This document shows positions 18,519 to 28,135 of a stretch of 64,000 nucleotides of DNA, piece by piece. Made by a program: the position numbers and the translations under genes. Position 1 is the stretch's first letter; each line of letters starts with the position of its first letter. Source of the DNA: Archaeoglobaceae archaeon (GTDB lineage Archaea > Halobacteriota > Archaeoglobi > Archaeoglobales > Archaeoglobaceae); the NCBI GenBank assembly GCA_027064525.1, contig JAMOPJ010000041.1, positions 19,690-83,689 of the forward strand, read 5' to 3'. Under the pieces are notes generated by a model, which was not told the DNA's origin, searched no databases, and worked only from the letters and a program-made list of their open reading frames with translations.

Positions 18519-19832
18519 ATGCACATAGTGATCGCTGGGGCTGGAGAAGTAGGCTACAACTTGGCAAAGGTGCTGTGCGAGAACCACAACGTCTTCGTAA
18601 TCGAAAAGAACGAAGATAAGGTTGACAACATCCAAAATCTAAATGTGGAGGCGATTCAAGGAAACGCGGCGAACGTTAAGGTTCTAAAGAGGGCAAACGT
18701 GGACAAAGCGGATCTGTTTCTGGCAGTTACGGGAAGCGATGAGGTGAATCTTTTAGCTGGAATAGCCGCAAGGAAGCTGGGAGCTAAGAAGATCATAGTC
18801 AGAGTTGGAAATCCGGAATACGTCGATAAGCCGATAGTAAAGGATCATCCGATCGGATACGATTTGATAATCTGCCCCCAGCTGGCTTTGGCGAACGAGA
18901 TAGCGAATCTTATAATGATCCCCGGTGCCATAGAGTTCATCTCCCTAAGCGGTGGAAAGGCCGACATGGTCGAGATAGTAGTTTCCGAAGAATCGCCCAT
19001 CGTGGGAAAGAAAATATCCGAGCTAAATCTTCCAAGAAACGTGATAATCACCGCGATATATAGAGATGGTGACCTGATAGTTCCGAAAGGGGATACGATC
19101 ATAAAGGCTGGAGATGTTCTGACGATCTTCGGGAGGTCTGAGGATATAGCTAAGGTCAAGAAGATGTTCGGAAGTATCCTCGTCAAGAATGTCGTCATAT
19201 TTGGTGGGGGAACGATCGGGAGTTACATAGCGAGGATCTTGGACAACAGCAGGCTGAACGTCAAACTCATAGATTCCGACATGAAGGTCTGCGAGCGACT
19301 TTCGGAAATTCTGAGGCACGTAAAGGTTGTTTTCGGTGATGCAACAGACTTGGACTTTTTGATGGAAGAAGACGCTGGAAAGGCCGATGTGGTCATTGCA
19401 ACGACGGAAAGCGACGAGAAGAACTTGCTAATATCGTTGCTTTCAAAGAGCCTGGGGGCAAAGAAGGCAATAGCAAAGGTAGAAAAGGGTTCCTATGTTA
19501 AGCTGTTCGAAAGAGTTGGAGTGGATTACGCTTTGTCGCCTCGTAGGGTTACCTTCATCGAAGTAATGAAGTATCTGAAGCTCGTCGATATAAGAACTAT
19601 TGCAGACATAAGGCACGAAGCGACGGTTTTAGAAGTAACGGTGAAGAACAGAGAACTTTCGGGAAAGAGAATCGCAGACATCCGGCTTCCCAAGAGGTCG
19701 ATAATCGGCGGAATTTTGAGAGGTGATGAGTGTATAATTCCAAGAGGTGACACTGAGATAAGATTGGGCGATAGACTGCTGATATTCACGACTTGGGATG
19801 AGATCGACGAGATAGAAGAGATATTCGAATAA
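18519..19832 (+). CDS. trkA: Trk potassium uptake system NAD-binding subunit TrkA
   Basis: Two RCK_N + RCK_C repeats: MHIVIAGAGEVGYNLAKVL and VVIFGGGTIGSYIARIL. Confidence 0.9.
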   Translation: MHIVIAGAGEVGYNLAKVLCENHNVFVIEKNEDKVDNIQNLNVEAIQGNAANVKVLKRANVDKADLFLAVTGSDEVNLLAGIAARKLGAKKIIVRVGNPEYVDKPIVKDHPIGYDLIICPQLALANEIANLIMIPGAIEFISLSGGKADMVEIVVSEESPIVGKKISELNLPRNVIITAIYRDGDLIVPKGDTIIKAGDVLTIFGRSEDIAKVKKMFGSILVKNVVIFGGGTIGSYIARILDNSRLNVKLIDSDMKVCERLSEILRHVKVVFGDATDLDFLMEEDAGKADVVIATTESDEKNLLISLLSKSLGAKKAIAKVEKGSYVKLFERVGVDYALSPRRVTFIEVMKYLKLVDIRTIADIRHEATVLEVTVKNRELSGKRIADIRLPKRSIIGGILRGDECIIPRGDTEIRLGDRLLIFTTWDEIDEIEEIFE

Positions 19833-19863
19833 CTTTTTTAAAGTGTCGTAGCACGGGCATAGG

Positions 19864-21135
19864 ATGTTTGACGTAGCGATAAAAGATGGCGTCTGCTTCA
19901 TCGATGGCAGATTCATCGAAGCCAACATCGGAATTGAGGGAAACAGAATCGCCTACGTCGGCAAGGAAGAAATTGCTGGAGAGCTTGAGATAGACGCAAG
20001 TGGAAAGTTCGTTTTGCCGGGTTTGTTCAACGCTCACACACATCTTGCCATGACCCTCTTCAGGGGCTATGCGGAGGACATGCCTCTGATGGACTGGCTT
20101 GAGAAGAAGATCTGGAGGGCGGAGAGAAAGCTCACTCCGAAGGACGTTTACTGGGGCTCGATGCTCGGAATATTAGAGATGCTTAAAACTGGCACAACTG
20201 CATTCTCAGACCTCTACATCCACATGGACGAGGTCGCTAAGGCTGTGGGAGAGACGGGCATAAGGGCTGTTCTCTGCTACGGGATGGCTGATAGAGGTGA
20301 CAAAGAGAAAGCTGAGAAGGAACTCAAGATCGGGACGGAGTTCATCAAGAACTGGGACAACGCGTTCAACGGGAGAATCAAAGCGATATATGGCCCGCAC
20401 GCTCCATACACTTGCACTCCCGAATTCTTGAAGGAGGTTAAGCTTAAGGCTAACGAGCTCAAAACTCTCGTCCATATCCACGTTTCGGAAACTAAGCAGG
20501 AGGTTGAGGAGATAAGAAGAACATATGGAAAAACTCCGGTAAGATTGCTTGAGGAGATCGGATTTCTGGACGATAACACAATAATCGCCCACGGAATTTG
20601 GTTGGACGATGAAGAGCTTGAGATATTGAAAAAGAAAAAAGTTAGCGTCGCTCACTGTCCAGTTAGCAATCTAAAATTGGCATCTGGCATTGCGAGGATT
20701 GTTGACATGGTTCGATTGGGGATAAACGTCTGCTTGGGAACGGATGGAGCTGCGTCTAACAATACCTACAATCTGTTTGAGGAGATAAAGCTCACATCGC
20801 TCTTGCAGAAGGTAGCCACCGGCAGGGCAGACGCTCTGCATGCGAAGGATGTGCTCGAAATGGCGACCAAAAATGGATACAAGGCTTACAAGATTGACGG
20901 AGGTGAGCTTAAGCAGGGAAAGCTCGCGGACATAGTTCTGCTTGAAAGGAAGTTTAACTACTGTCCAGTTTACGATCCTCTCCACAGCATCGTCTATGCG
21001 AGCTACGGGTGTGAGGTGAGCCACGTGATAGTGGACGGAGAGCTGATAGTCGAGGATGGGATCGTCCTTACGATGGACGAGGACAGAGTGACGAGCAAGG
21101 TCGAAAGTCTTAAAGAGAAGTTTTCGAATGATTAA
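19864..21135 (+). CDS. mtaD: 5-methylthioadenosine/S-adenosylhomocysteine deaminase (amidohydrolase)
   Basis: LPGLFNAHTHLAMTLFRGYAEDMPLMDWL, HIHVSET and GTDGAASNN. Confidence 0.8.
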   Translation: MFDVAIKDGVCFIDGRFIEANIGIEGNRIAYVGKEEIAGELEIDASGKFVLPGLFNAHTHLAMTLFRGYAEDMPLMDWLEKKIWRAERKLTPKDVYWGSMLGILEMLKTGTTAFSDLYIHMDEVAKAVGETGIRAVLCYGMADRGDKEKAEKELKIGTEFIKNWDNAFNGRIKAIYGPHAPYTCTPEFLKEVKLKANELKTLVHIHVSETKQEVEEIRRTYGKTPVRLLEEIGFLDDNTIIAHGIWLDDEELEILKKKKVSVAHCPVSNLKLASGIARIVDMVRLGINVCLGTDGAASNNTYNLFEEIKLTSLLQKVATGRADALHAKDVLEMATKNGYKAYKIDGGELKQGKLADIVLLERKFNYCPVYDPLHSIVYASYGCEVSHVIVDGELIVEDGIVLTMDEDRVTSKVESLKEKFSND

Positions 21136-21796
21136 TTGCGCTAATATTATTTAATTTTGGACAAACATCTTTAAACGGGCACTCTCCGCAGAGTGGTTTC
21201 GTAGGCTTGCAGACTGTCTGTCCAAAGCCAACAAAGGGTTTGTTAACCCTATGCCAGAGCTCTTTTGGAACGATCTTCATTAGCTCCTTCTCCGTCTCCT
21301 CCGGCCTCTTCGTCCTAACTATGCCCATCCGATTTGCAATCCTGTGGACATGAGTATCCACAGCTATCGCCGGCTTTCCGAAGGCGTTCGCCAGCACGAT
21401 GTTAGCGACCTTCCTTCCAACTCCGGGCAGTTTCAGGAGATCTTCAAGCCTGTCGGGAACCCTTGAGCCATACTCTCTCACGAGAATATCCGCAAGTCTT
21501 CTTAGGTTCTTGGCTTTAACTCTGTGAAATCCAACTTCTCGGATCAATTCATCCAGCTCGTCCTCACTCAGCTTGAGAATGTCTTCAGGCCTCTTCACCA
21601 TCTTGAACAGTCTCTCGCTCACCTTAATTGTCTGCTCATCCCTCGTTCTCGTGCTTAGAATGGCTGAAACCAAAATCTGGAACGGGTTCCTCTCACCTTT
21701 AAAAGAGTAAACCGGTGCACCTCTCTTCCTTGCCTCTCTCTCCATCGTATCGAGCAGATCTTCCCAGCTCAGATCTGCGATAGCAGTTCCTCGCAT
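21110..21796 (-). CDS. nth: endonuclease III
   Basis: ILSTRTRDE, HhH-GPD LPGVGRKVANIVL, DTHVHR and the C-terminal Cx6Cx2Cx5C cluster. The 3' end overlaps mtaD convergently by 26 nt. Confidence 0.85.
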   Translation of the reverse strand: MRGTAIADLSWEDLLDTMEREARKRGAPVYSFKGERNPFQILVSAILSTRTRDEQTIKVSERLFKMVKRPEDILKLSEDELDELIREVGFHRVKAKNLRRLADILVREYGSRVPDRLEDLLKLPGVGRKVANIVLANAFGKPAIAVDTHVHRIANRMGIVRTKRPEETEKELMKIVPKELWHRVNKPFVGFGQTVCKPTKPLCGECPFKDVCPKLNNISAINHSKTSL

Positions 21797-22035
21797 GCTT
21801 CAATTATCTTCTTATTTGCGTCCCTTATCGCCTCAAGTGGACTTTTACTACCGTCGGTTCGAACGAAGAGCTCAGGCTCTCCAGTTAGAGGATGGGGAAT
21901 ATGGTATTTGGCCATCACGACGCTCTCATCCTGCAAAAGGTAATACTGAAGCAGGTTCAGATACGTATGATCTTCTCCCTTCACGAGCAACTTAACATAA
22001 TTCTCACCCATTTCAAGAACTTTAACCTCCATCAC
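21769..22035 (-). CDS. rpoL: DNA-directed RNA polymerase subunit L (Rpo11)
   Basis: 88 aa: GEDHTYLNLLQYYLLQDESVVMAKYHIPHPL...PELFVRTDG. Next to csl4, as in the conserved archaeal arrangement. Confidence 0.85.
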   Translation of the reverse strand: MMEVKVLEMGENYVKLLVKGEDHTYLNLLQYYLLQDESVVMAKYHIPHPLTGEPELFVRTDGSKSPLEAIRDANKKIIEACEELLSQI

Positions 22036-22568
22036 AGCACCCCCTTTCCGTAATCGGATGAAATCTTCCTGCTCTCAACATTCCCACACTTCGGGCATTT
22101 AAGCTTATCTCCATCCAAAACTAGCTCCTCCCCACAGAATCTGCACTTCGACTTTATTACTCCCAAATCCTTGCCTTTCGTCGAAAGCCTCAAATTCTCA
22201 TCAAGTATTCTCGCCTTGACTATATCTCCAAATCGGAATGCGGACTCCAGATCCTTCAAAAATTCATCTCTCACATTTGAAACGTGCAGAACACCTATCG
22301 AGCTCTTCGTCAGCACCCTGTCGTGTCCAATCTTTCTCTCAAGCTTCACCAACGCTATAGAACCCCTCACATCTACGACCTTTCCAACGATTACATCCCC
22401 GCTTTTAAGCTTTGGAATTCTGTTTATCGGCTCGATTCTAACCCTCCTTCCCTCAAAAACAACCTTACCAGCTACGCTCGCGTAAAGTTCGCCATTTTCC
22501 TCGTAAACACCTTCTCCAAATTCAAACTCCTCAACACAGCCTATTCTATCTCCGGGCAAAACGAACAT
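22032..22568 (-). CDS. csl4: exosome complex RNA-binding protein Csl4
   Basis: N-terminal domain (VLPGD.IG..EEF..G.GVYE..G.LYASV.G), an S1 domain (GDVIVGKVVDV) and a C-terminal zinc ribbon CRFCG...CPKCG. Confidence 0.85.
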   Translation of the reverse strand: MFVLPGDRIGCVEEFEFGEGVYEENGELYASVAGKVVFEGRRVRIEPINRIPKLKSGDVIVGKVVDVRGSIALVKLERKIGHDRVLTKSSIGVLHVSNVRDEFLKDLESAFRFGDIVKARILDENLRLSTKGKDLGVIKSKCRFCGEELVLDGDKLKCPKCGNVESRKISSDYGKGVL

Positions 22569-23158
22569 TATATCCTCCTCAGTCTATAGACTTCTACGGC
22601 GATCCATTTAAATTCTTTTTCGTGGAAGGCGTAAGTTCTCTTGAGCGGTATTTTGTATCTCCAAAGATGTGTGATCTCGAAACCGTTTTCCGCGCAAACC
22701 CTCCTTATAAATCTCTCGCTTCCGGCGGAGTGGATCGTGTAGATGACATCCGCTATCTCCATAGCTTTAAAGAGGAATGGTCTATCCGCATGCTTCCTCT
22801 GAATTCCGAACGGCGGGTTCATTATCACGGTGCATCTTCTCCTCACAGCCACATCTTCGACCCTGCTCAGAACGAAGTCCACATGAACTCCCACGGCTTT
22901 AGCGTTCCTCCTCGCGATCTTCAAAGCTTCAGCATCGATGTCGAATCCTACTGCTTTAGCTCCGAGCAGAGCTGATGCTATGGCAAGAATTCCGGTTCCA
23001 CATCCCAAATCTACCACAAGCTCAAGATCGTCCATCAGCTTTGCGGTGACCACTATTTCAGATGCGAGCGATGGTGGAGTTACGTATTGTTCAAGTTCTA
23101 TCTTAGGGTTTCTGAATCCTTGCAGTTTTTCTAAGATAATTGCAAGCTCCCTCTTCAT
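22568..23158 (-). CDS. class I SAM-dependent (METTL5/COG2263-type) RNA methyltransferase
   Basis: LEQY.TP, SAM motif VVDLGCGTGILAI, and the NPPFG catalytic motif. Confidence 0.7.
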   Translation of the reverse strand: MKRELAIILEKLQGFRNPKIELEQYVTPPSLASEIVVTAKLMDDLELVVDLGCGTGILAIASALLGAKAVGFDIDAEALKIARRNAKAVGVHVDFVLSRVEDVAVRRRCTVIMNPPFGIQRKHADRPFLFKAMEIADVIYTIHSAGSERFIRRVCAENGFEITHLWRYKIPLKRTYAFHEKEFKWIAVEVYRLRRI

Positions 23159-24339
23159 GCTCGATCATCGAATAACTCTATCAAGAATCGGGGGATCTCC
23201 TCCTCTTCGAGCACGATCACATCCTTTGGGTATCTTCTATGAGGCTTACCCGTTTTCACTTCCACCTTCAGCCCATCCGCGATGCAGTCTATCTCGTAGC
23301 CGTTTCGATAGTAGTAGATCTCGCCAAATTTCCTGAAGAGATGCTCCTGAACGACATTCTCGATTAAAGCAGAACGTAGGTATTCGACATTGCACCAATC
23401 CGCAAGGACATTAAGTAGGAGAGGATCCCTGAAAAAGACCTTCCTTTCCTTCCTATAAAGCACCCTGTTCCCCTCCCTAAGATACGCAAACTCAATGACG
23501 TATAGGTCTCTGAAGAACTCCAAATACTCCTGAACGGTCTTATATGAATATCCGGAAGTTCCGTTCGCTATGGCTCTAAAGCTCAACGCAGATGGTATTT
23601 TCGAAATCAGAGAGGCCAAAGTTTCCCTTGTTACTTCCAAGCTCTTGCCGAACCTGACGATCTCACTCACTATCGCGTTCAGTATGTGGACGGAGGAAAA
23701 GCCATTTATAGTTAAAGGAAAACCGCCTATCTCCAAATATCTCCTAAAGAGACCGATAACTCTATCGTATTCGAGCTTGTAGTTTTTAACACCAAAGACT
23801 TCGATGAACTCCTTGAAGTTTAAGGGCATGACATCAACCTTAGTTCCCTTTCCGATTCTGCCGGGAAACAGCTCCAAGTCTCTTCTCACCTTCAGCGAAC
23901 TCGAACCGGTCACAGTTACGACGCAATCCTTGAGCTTTCCAGTATCTATGAGAAACTTAACAGCTTTCCACCACTCCCTAACGCTCGTAACCTCATCCAA
24001 AAACACGAACTTTTCACCACTCACGGCGTCGAGGTATTCCGTCAAGGAGTTCCTTAAACTCACGAAATCTGGAAAAGCATCACAATCAATGTAAACGACT
24101 CTTTCAGCATCTATTTTCTTCAGAAGTCTTTCTATGAGAAGCTTTATTCCGGTAGTCTTTCCAACCTGCCTCATTCCCAGAACAAAATTCAAGCTGAATG
24201 GTTCGAGGGAAATTCCGTCTATCCACTTTGGAATCCACCTTATCCTTAAGGAGCGGTATTCAACTAAACTCTTATCTCTGTTCTGCCAATCGTCGTATTT
24301 CCACCATGGATTCATATCTGCAAGAATCCTCAAAGACAT
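23155..24339 (-). CDS. AAA+ ATPase with C-terminal DUF4143-like domain (COG1373 type)
   Basis: NPWW...W, Walker A GMRQVGKTT, Walker B VFLDEV and a C-terminal region ending Y.R...YEIDCI...VEVK, which is a restriction-endonuclease-like pattern. Confidence 0.75.
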   Translation of the reverse strand: MSLRILADMNPWWKYDDWQNRDKSLVEYRSLRIRWIPKWIDGISLEPFSLNFVLGMRQVGKTTGIKLLIERLLKKIDAERVVYIDCDAFPDFVSLRNSLTEYLDAVSGEKFVFLDEVTSVREWWKAVKFLIDTGKLKDCVVTVTGSSSLKVRRDLELFPGRIGKGTKVDVMPLNFKEFIEVFGVKNYKLEYDRVIGLFRRYLEIGGFPLTINGFSSVHILNAIVSEIVRFGKSLEVTRETLASLISKIPSALSFRAIANGTSGYSYKTVQEYLEFFRDLYVIEFAYLREGNRVLYRKERKVFFRDPLLLNVLADWCNVEYLRSALIENVVQEHLFRKFGEIYYYRNGYEIDCIADGLKVEVKTGKPHRRYPKDVIVLEEEEIPRFLIELFDDRA

Positions 24340-24416
24340 GAGAAGTTAAATCTCTCAAACATATATAAACCTTGTGAAGTTTGAGTTCTCAAATGATCAT
24401 ACACAATCTCCCAGAC

Positions 24417-25123
24417 TTAAGATACCTCTATTGTAAACTCCTTTCTATATTGCTCGGTTATTACGAGCAATCGGCAATCTATGTTCCTTTCGTCTATTTC
24501 TGATTTCAACTTCTTCCAACATCCTATAAACGCTTGATAGTAATCTCCGTTCTTTAATAAAGTCTCGATCTCTTGAAGACTATCAATCTTTTCCAAATTT
24601 GATTTCCATACAATTTTGCCCTTCTTTGGAAGAACGACGACAAATATTACAAACTTTATATCGGTATTGTTTTCTACTAAATGAAGTAGCAAATCATAGG
24701 CTGAAATCCAAAAATCATCGTTTTATTCTTTTTCTTGTAGTATTCTATAAGGGCTTTCCATACTTCACAAGTTTTTAAACATTGAAACGCTCCATCTATC
24801 GTGTATATCTCACCAAATCCAACAAACTTTAATTTATCGGTGTTTTTTGGAGCAAATGCTATATCTACTCTTTTAAATGATCTTTTTCGTTTATTTATTT
24901 TTATGCTGTCAAAATCCTTGTTAAGTTTATTTAGTAAATCTCTAAATTTTTCATTTGGGTTAAATTTTTTATTATAATATATTTTTACTTCAGGTATCGA
25001 CATATATCCCGCTGATTCTCCCGCTTTTATTAGTAAATAGAAGAAGGCTGTGAACACTTTTGCTACACTGACTGTTTGTGCTTCTAAAACAAATAGGACT
25101 GAAAAATAGATCTCTTTTTTCAT
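24417..25123 (-). pseudogene. AT-rich hypothetical gene apparently split by a frameshift (ORFs 24677-25123 and 24417-24692)
   Basis: Two same-strand ORFs overlap by 16 nt. The downstream frame is open from 24722, so a 1-nt shift in or just downstream of the A-rich tract AAGAAAAAGAATAAAACG (coding strand) would fuse them into about 235 aa. No family recognised. Confidence 0.35.
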
Positions 25124-25188
25124 TGAAAAACATCTTAAAATTTTTTATTATCGAATCAACGGATTTAACAATGTTCATATGTTTACTA

Positions 25189-26385
25189 TTAAGTATTTTC
25201 CCTTAAAGCCTTCGGCACGTAGATGCATCTCGGCTCTGGGGCGAGGTAATCGCCAGTCATCGCGTAGGCCCTCGCTCTACTTCCTCCGCATATGAATCTG
25301 TATTCGCACTTCCCGCACTTGCCCTTAAGCTTGTTCGGATCTTTCAGATCTTTAAAGATCGGCGAGTTCATATAGATCTCTTTCAACGTGGTCTCTCTAA
25401 CGTTTCCAGTAACCAAAGGCAGAAATCCACTCGGATAGACATCTCCGATGTGACTTATGAAAAACATTCCTCTTCCATCTGTTATTCCAGTCATCCTTCT
25501 TATTCCGTCCGCCAAGCTCCTTCCGTGAGCGCCAGCGACTATCTTCTTGTCCTTCTTATACCCTTCGAGTCCCATCTCTCTCCTTATCTCTTCGAGCATC
25601 TCTTTGAGCTTATAATACGTCTCCCCGAGCGGTAGATCGTAGATACCATGATCTCTCATGTATTCTATTCTCCTGAGATGGCATGCAGCGGAGCTCTTAA
25701 CGTTCAGAGGTGTCTCCTTGCTCACGTCGTAAAGCCAGCATAGGATGTCTTCGAACTCTTGGGCGGATGGCATTATGTCCACCTTAGCCCTTCCAGTGGG
25801 AACAACGAAGAAAACATCCCACAACGCAACTTCGTTCTCCAAACAGATCCTCATAATGTTCGGCAGATCGAAGATGTTGAACGTCGTTACAGTCGTATTG
25901 ATCTGCCTCGAAATTCCAACATCCTTAGCATCCCTCAAAATCCGAAGGCTCGTCTCAAACGTTCCTGTTCTCCCCCTGAAGTGATCGTGTATTTCGGAGT
26001 TGCTTCCGTCCAAGCTTATCGCGATCCTCGCAACGCCTATCTCCTTCATCTTCTCTATCTTCTCCTTCGTCGCGAGCTTCGTTCCGCTGAACGCTATCGC
26101 AACTCTCAATCCCTTCGAAACCGCGTAATCTAAGATTTCGAAGAGATCCTTCCTCATCAGCGGGTCTCCGCCCGTTATGATTACCAAAGGATACGGCTCA
26201 CCAAACTCGACTATCTGATCGACAACCTTGAAAGCTTCCTCAGTCGTGAGCTCGTCTGGATGGGGTTTGGTTTGGGCTTTAGCTCTACAATGCTTACAAG
26301 CCAATAAGCATGCCCTCGTGAGCTCCCAGAAGATTATAAACGGCTTTTTCGTGAGATCGATTTGCATGTCTAAGCTTTCGCACAA
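25189..26385 (-). CDS. radical SAM protein with C-terminal SPASM domain
   Basis: CLLACKHCRA (Cx3Cx2C), GGDPLMR, and the C-terminal CGKCEYRFICGGSRARA...PRC auxiliary-cluster motif. An alternative start is MQIDL at 26367. Confidence 0.8.
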   Translation of the reverse strand: MCESLDMQIDLTKKPFIIFWELTRACLLACKHCRAKAQTKPHPDELTTEEAFKVVDQIVEFGEPYPLVIITGGDPLMRKDLFEILDYAVSKGLRVAIAFSGTKLATKEKIEKMKEIGVARIAISLDGSNSEIHDHFRGRTGTFETSLRILRDAKDVGISRQINTTVTTFNIFDLPNIMRICLENEVALWDVFFVVPTGRAKVDIMPSAQEFEDILCWLYDVSKETPLNVKSSAACHLRRIEYMRDHGIYDLPLGETYYKLKEMLEEIRREMGLEGYKKDKKIVAGAHGRSLADGIRRMTGITDGRGMFFISHIGDVYPSGFLPLVTGNVRETTLKEIYMNSPIFKDLKDPNKLKGKCGKCEYRFICGGSRARAYAMTGDYLAPEPRCIYVPKALRENT

Positions 26386-26398
26386 GTTTAAAAATAGG

Positions 26399-27907
26399 TT
26401 ACGTTAGGAACTCGCTACTTATCCCCGGTTCTATCTGAACTATCACATCGGCTATCTTGCCCCTCTTCACTCCACCTCTCACCACGGTGAAGCTGTTGAA
26501 GTATAAAACCCTTACATCCTCAACATCCTCTTCACTCGCCCCAAACCTCTTGGCTTCGCTCCTAACCCTCTCCTTCGCAAGCTCGACGAATTCTTCATCC
26601 TCGGGAAACTTTCCATCGAACTTTTCGACATCGCCGTTGAAAACCGCAACACCCCTTTCGGTATCGAATCTAGCGTAGAGAGTCAGACAGATCTTCGAAA
26701 CCGCAACGCCAATAGCGTTCACCGCCTCGCTGTGCTCCGGAACTACATAGCTCACACCAGCCCTCTTCGCGATCATCGGAGTCAGAAATCTTGCCAAGTA
26801 GCCCGTTCCGATTATCTTATTACAGTCGGTAGCCTTAACACTCTCGGCAACCATCGTCACGTAATCTTCGACGACGCTTTCGGCATCCCTCTCGTTCCCA
26901 AAGATCTCTCTCCCCTTCTCCCTCGATGCTCTGTAATCTCCAATCTCAAAACCTACGCAGTTCAGAGCATCTGTGAGCGTGAAGTATTTTCCGCCAAAGG
27001 CTATCGGCTTGTCCAACCTCTTATGCTTTAGCTTTCCGTTCTCAACTACCGAATCTCCACCAAACGGAATCGAAAACGACTCCACACACCTGATGAGAGT
27101 TTTCATTCCAGCTATATCCACCTTTTCGACTATCTTCGGCCTTCCGTTCTCAAGCTGGACGAAGTCAGTGGTCGTTCCTCCTATATCCACAACGAGCGCC
27201 TCTCTCTCCTTCGTTAGATAGTATGCTCCAATCGCAACCGAAGCCGGGCTCGAGTTGTATAGCTCCGATGGGTTGTCCAGAGCTATCTCGTATGGAATTA
27301 TCCCGCCGTCACCCTTATAGTAGAAGAACTCGTTGGAAAAACTTTTTATCAGCTTTGTCAGTTCGCAAACGATTCTCTTTATCTTCGCGTTGAGGATGGT
27401 GGTGTTTATCCTGAGAGGGTAGTTCAGCTCGGAAATGTGGAAGCTCAGAGCCATGTCCTCGTATCCATAGTAATCCGCGACGATTTTCGCCGCTTTGAGC
27501 TCAAGTAACGGATTTCTTATTGAGAACTTCGAAGCTATCGCGACATTCTTATACTTGCCCCGATTTCGCTCGAGGATCTCTCTGATTTCTTTCTCATCGA
27601 TGTCCTCGACGACATCACCACGATGATTCACGGCTCCACTCAAGACGAATCCATAGCTCTCGTAATTCAATCCCGGCCCGGGAAATAGGAGCGTGAGTGT
27701 GGGAAACTCATCAAACCTGCTTATAAGTAGATTGAGAGGGAGAGATGTGCTAACGATTAACTTCTCCTTCTTGAGATCGGTTTTCTCGCTTATTCTCCTG
27801 AGTATCTCCCCAATTCCCAACTCGTTCGGAACCTTGAATGTCAAAATTTCCTCGGCCACTATCGCCCCATCTGTGTTCGTTCCTCCGATGTCAATTCCAA
27901 CGGTCAT
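26399..27907 (-). CDS. hydantoinase/oxoprolinase (HyuA-like, ASKHA-fold) family protein
   Basis: MTVGIDIGGTNTDGAIV and VVDIGGTTTDFV phosphate-binding motifs. About 500 aa, shorter than canonical HyuA, with no HyuB partner. Lies 13 nt upstream of the radical SAM gene. Confidence 0.65.
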   Translation of the reverse strand: MTVGIDIGGTNTDGAIVAEEILTFKVPNELGIGEILRRISEKTDLKKEKLIVSTSLPLNLLISRFDEFPTLTLLFPGPGLNYESYGFVLSGAVNHRGDVVEDIDEKEIREILERNRGKYKNVAIASKFSIRNPLLELKAAKIVADYYGYEDMALSFHISELNYPLRINTTILNAKIKRIVCELTKLIKSFSNEFFYYKGDGGIIPYEIALDNPSELYNSSPASVAIGAYYLTKEREALVVDIGGTTTDFVQLENGRPKIVEKVDIAGMKTLIRCVESFSIPFGGDSVVENGKLKHKRLDKPIAFGGKYFTLTDALNCVGFEIGDYRASREKGREIFGNERDAESVVEDYVTMVAESVKATDCNKIIGTGYLARFLTPMIAKRAGVSYVVPEHSEAVNAIGVAVSKICLTLYARFDTERGVAVFNGDVEKFDGKFPEDEEFVELAKERVRSEAKRFGASEEDVEDVRVLYFNSFTVVRGGVKRGKIADVIVQIEPGISSEFLT

Positions 27908-28135
27908 TGCCCTTCGTTGTGCGGGATGCATAAAAACATTAAGCCTCCATTGAATCGAACCTGTTGACGCTAAACGAGAGCGCCAAGAAAACTATGATCG
28001 AAGAGAGTTTTAGCCCGTCAAATAATCTAAGTATATTCCTATGAGGTGTAGGAAAAGCTTTAATCTGTTTAAATTATAAAAACACATTAATGATAGCAAA
28101 AGTCTTAAATACTTTTCAGATTAATAATCATTACT

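Noticed and set aside
24990-25178. 62-aa Cys-containing ORF starting 11 nt after the radical SAM/SPASM gene, considered as a RiPP precursor.
   Set aside because: It overlaps the longer 148-aa ORF in another frame within a very AT-rich stretch. There is no leader/core pattern and no repeats of the Cys motif, so the evidence is insufficient.
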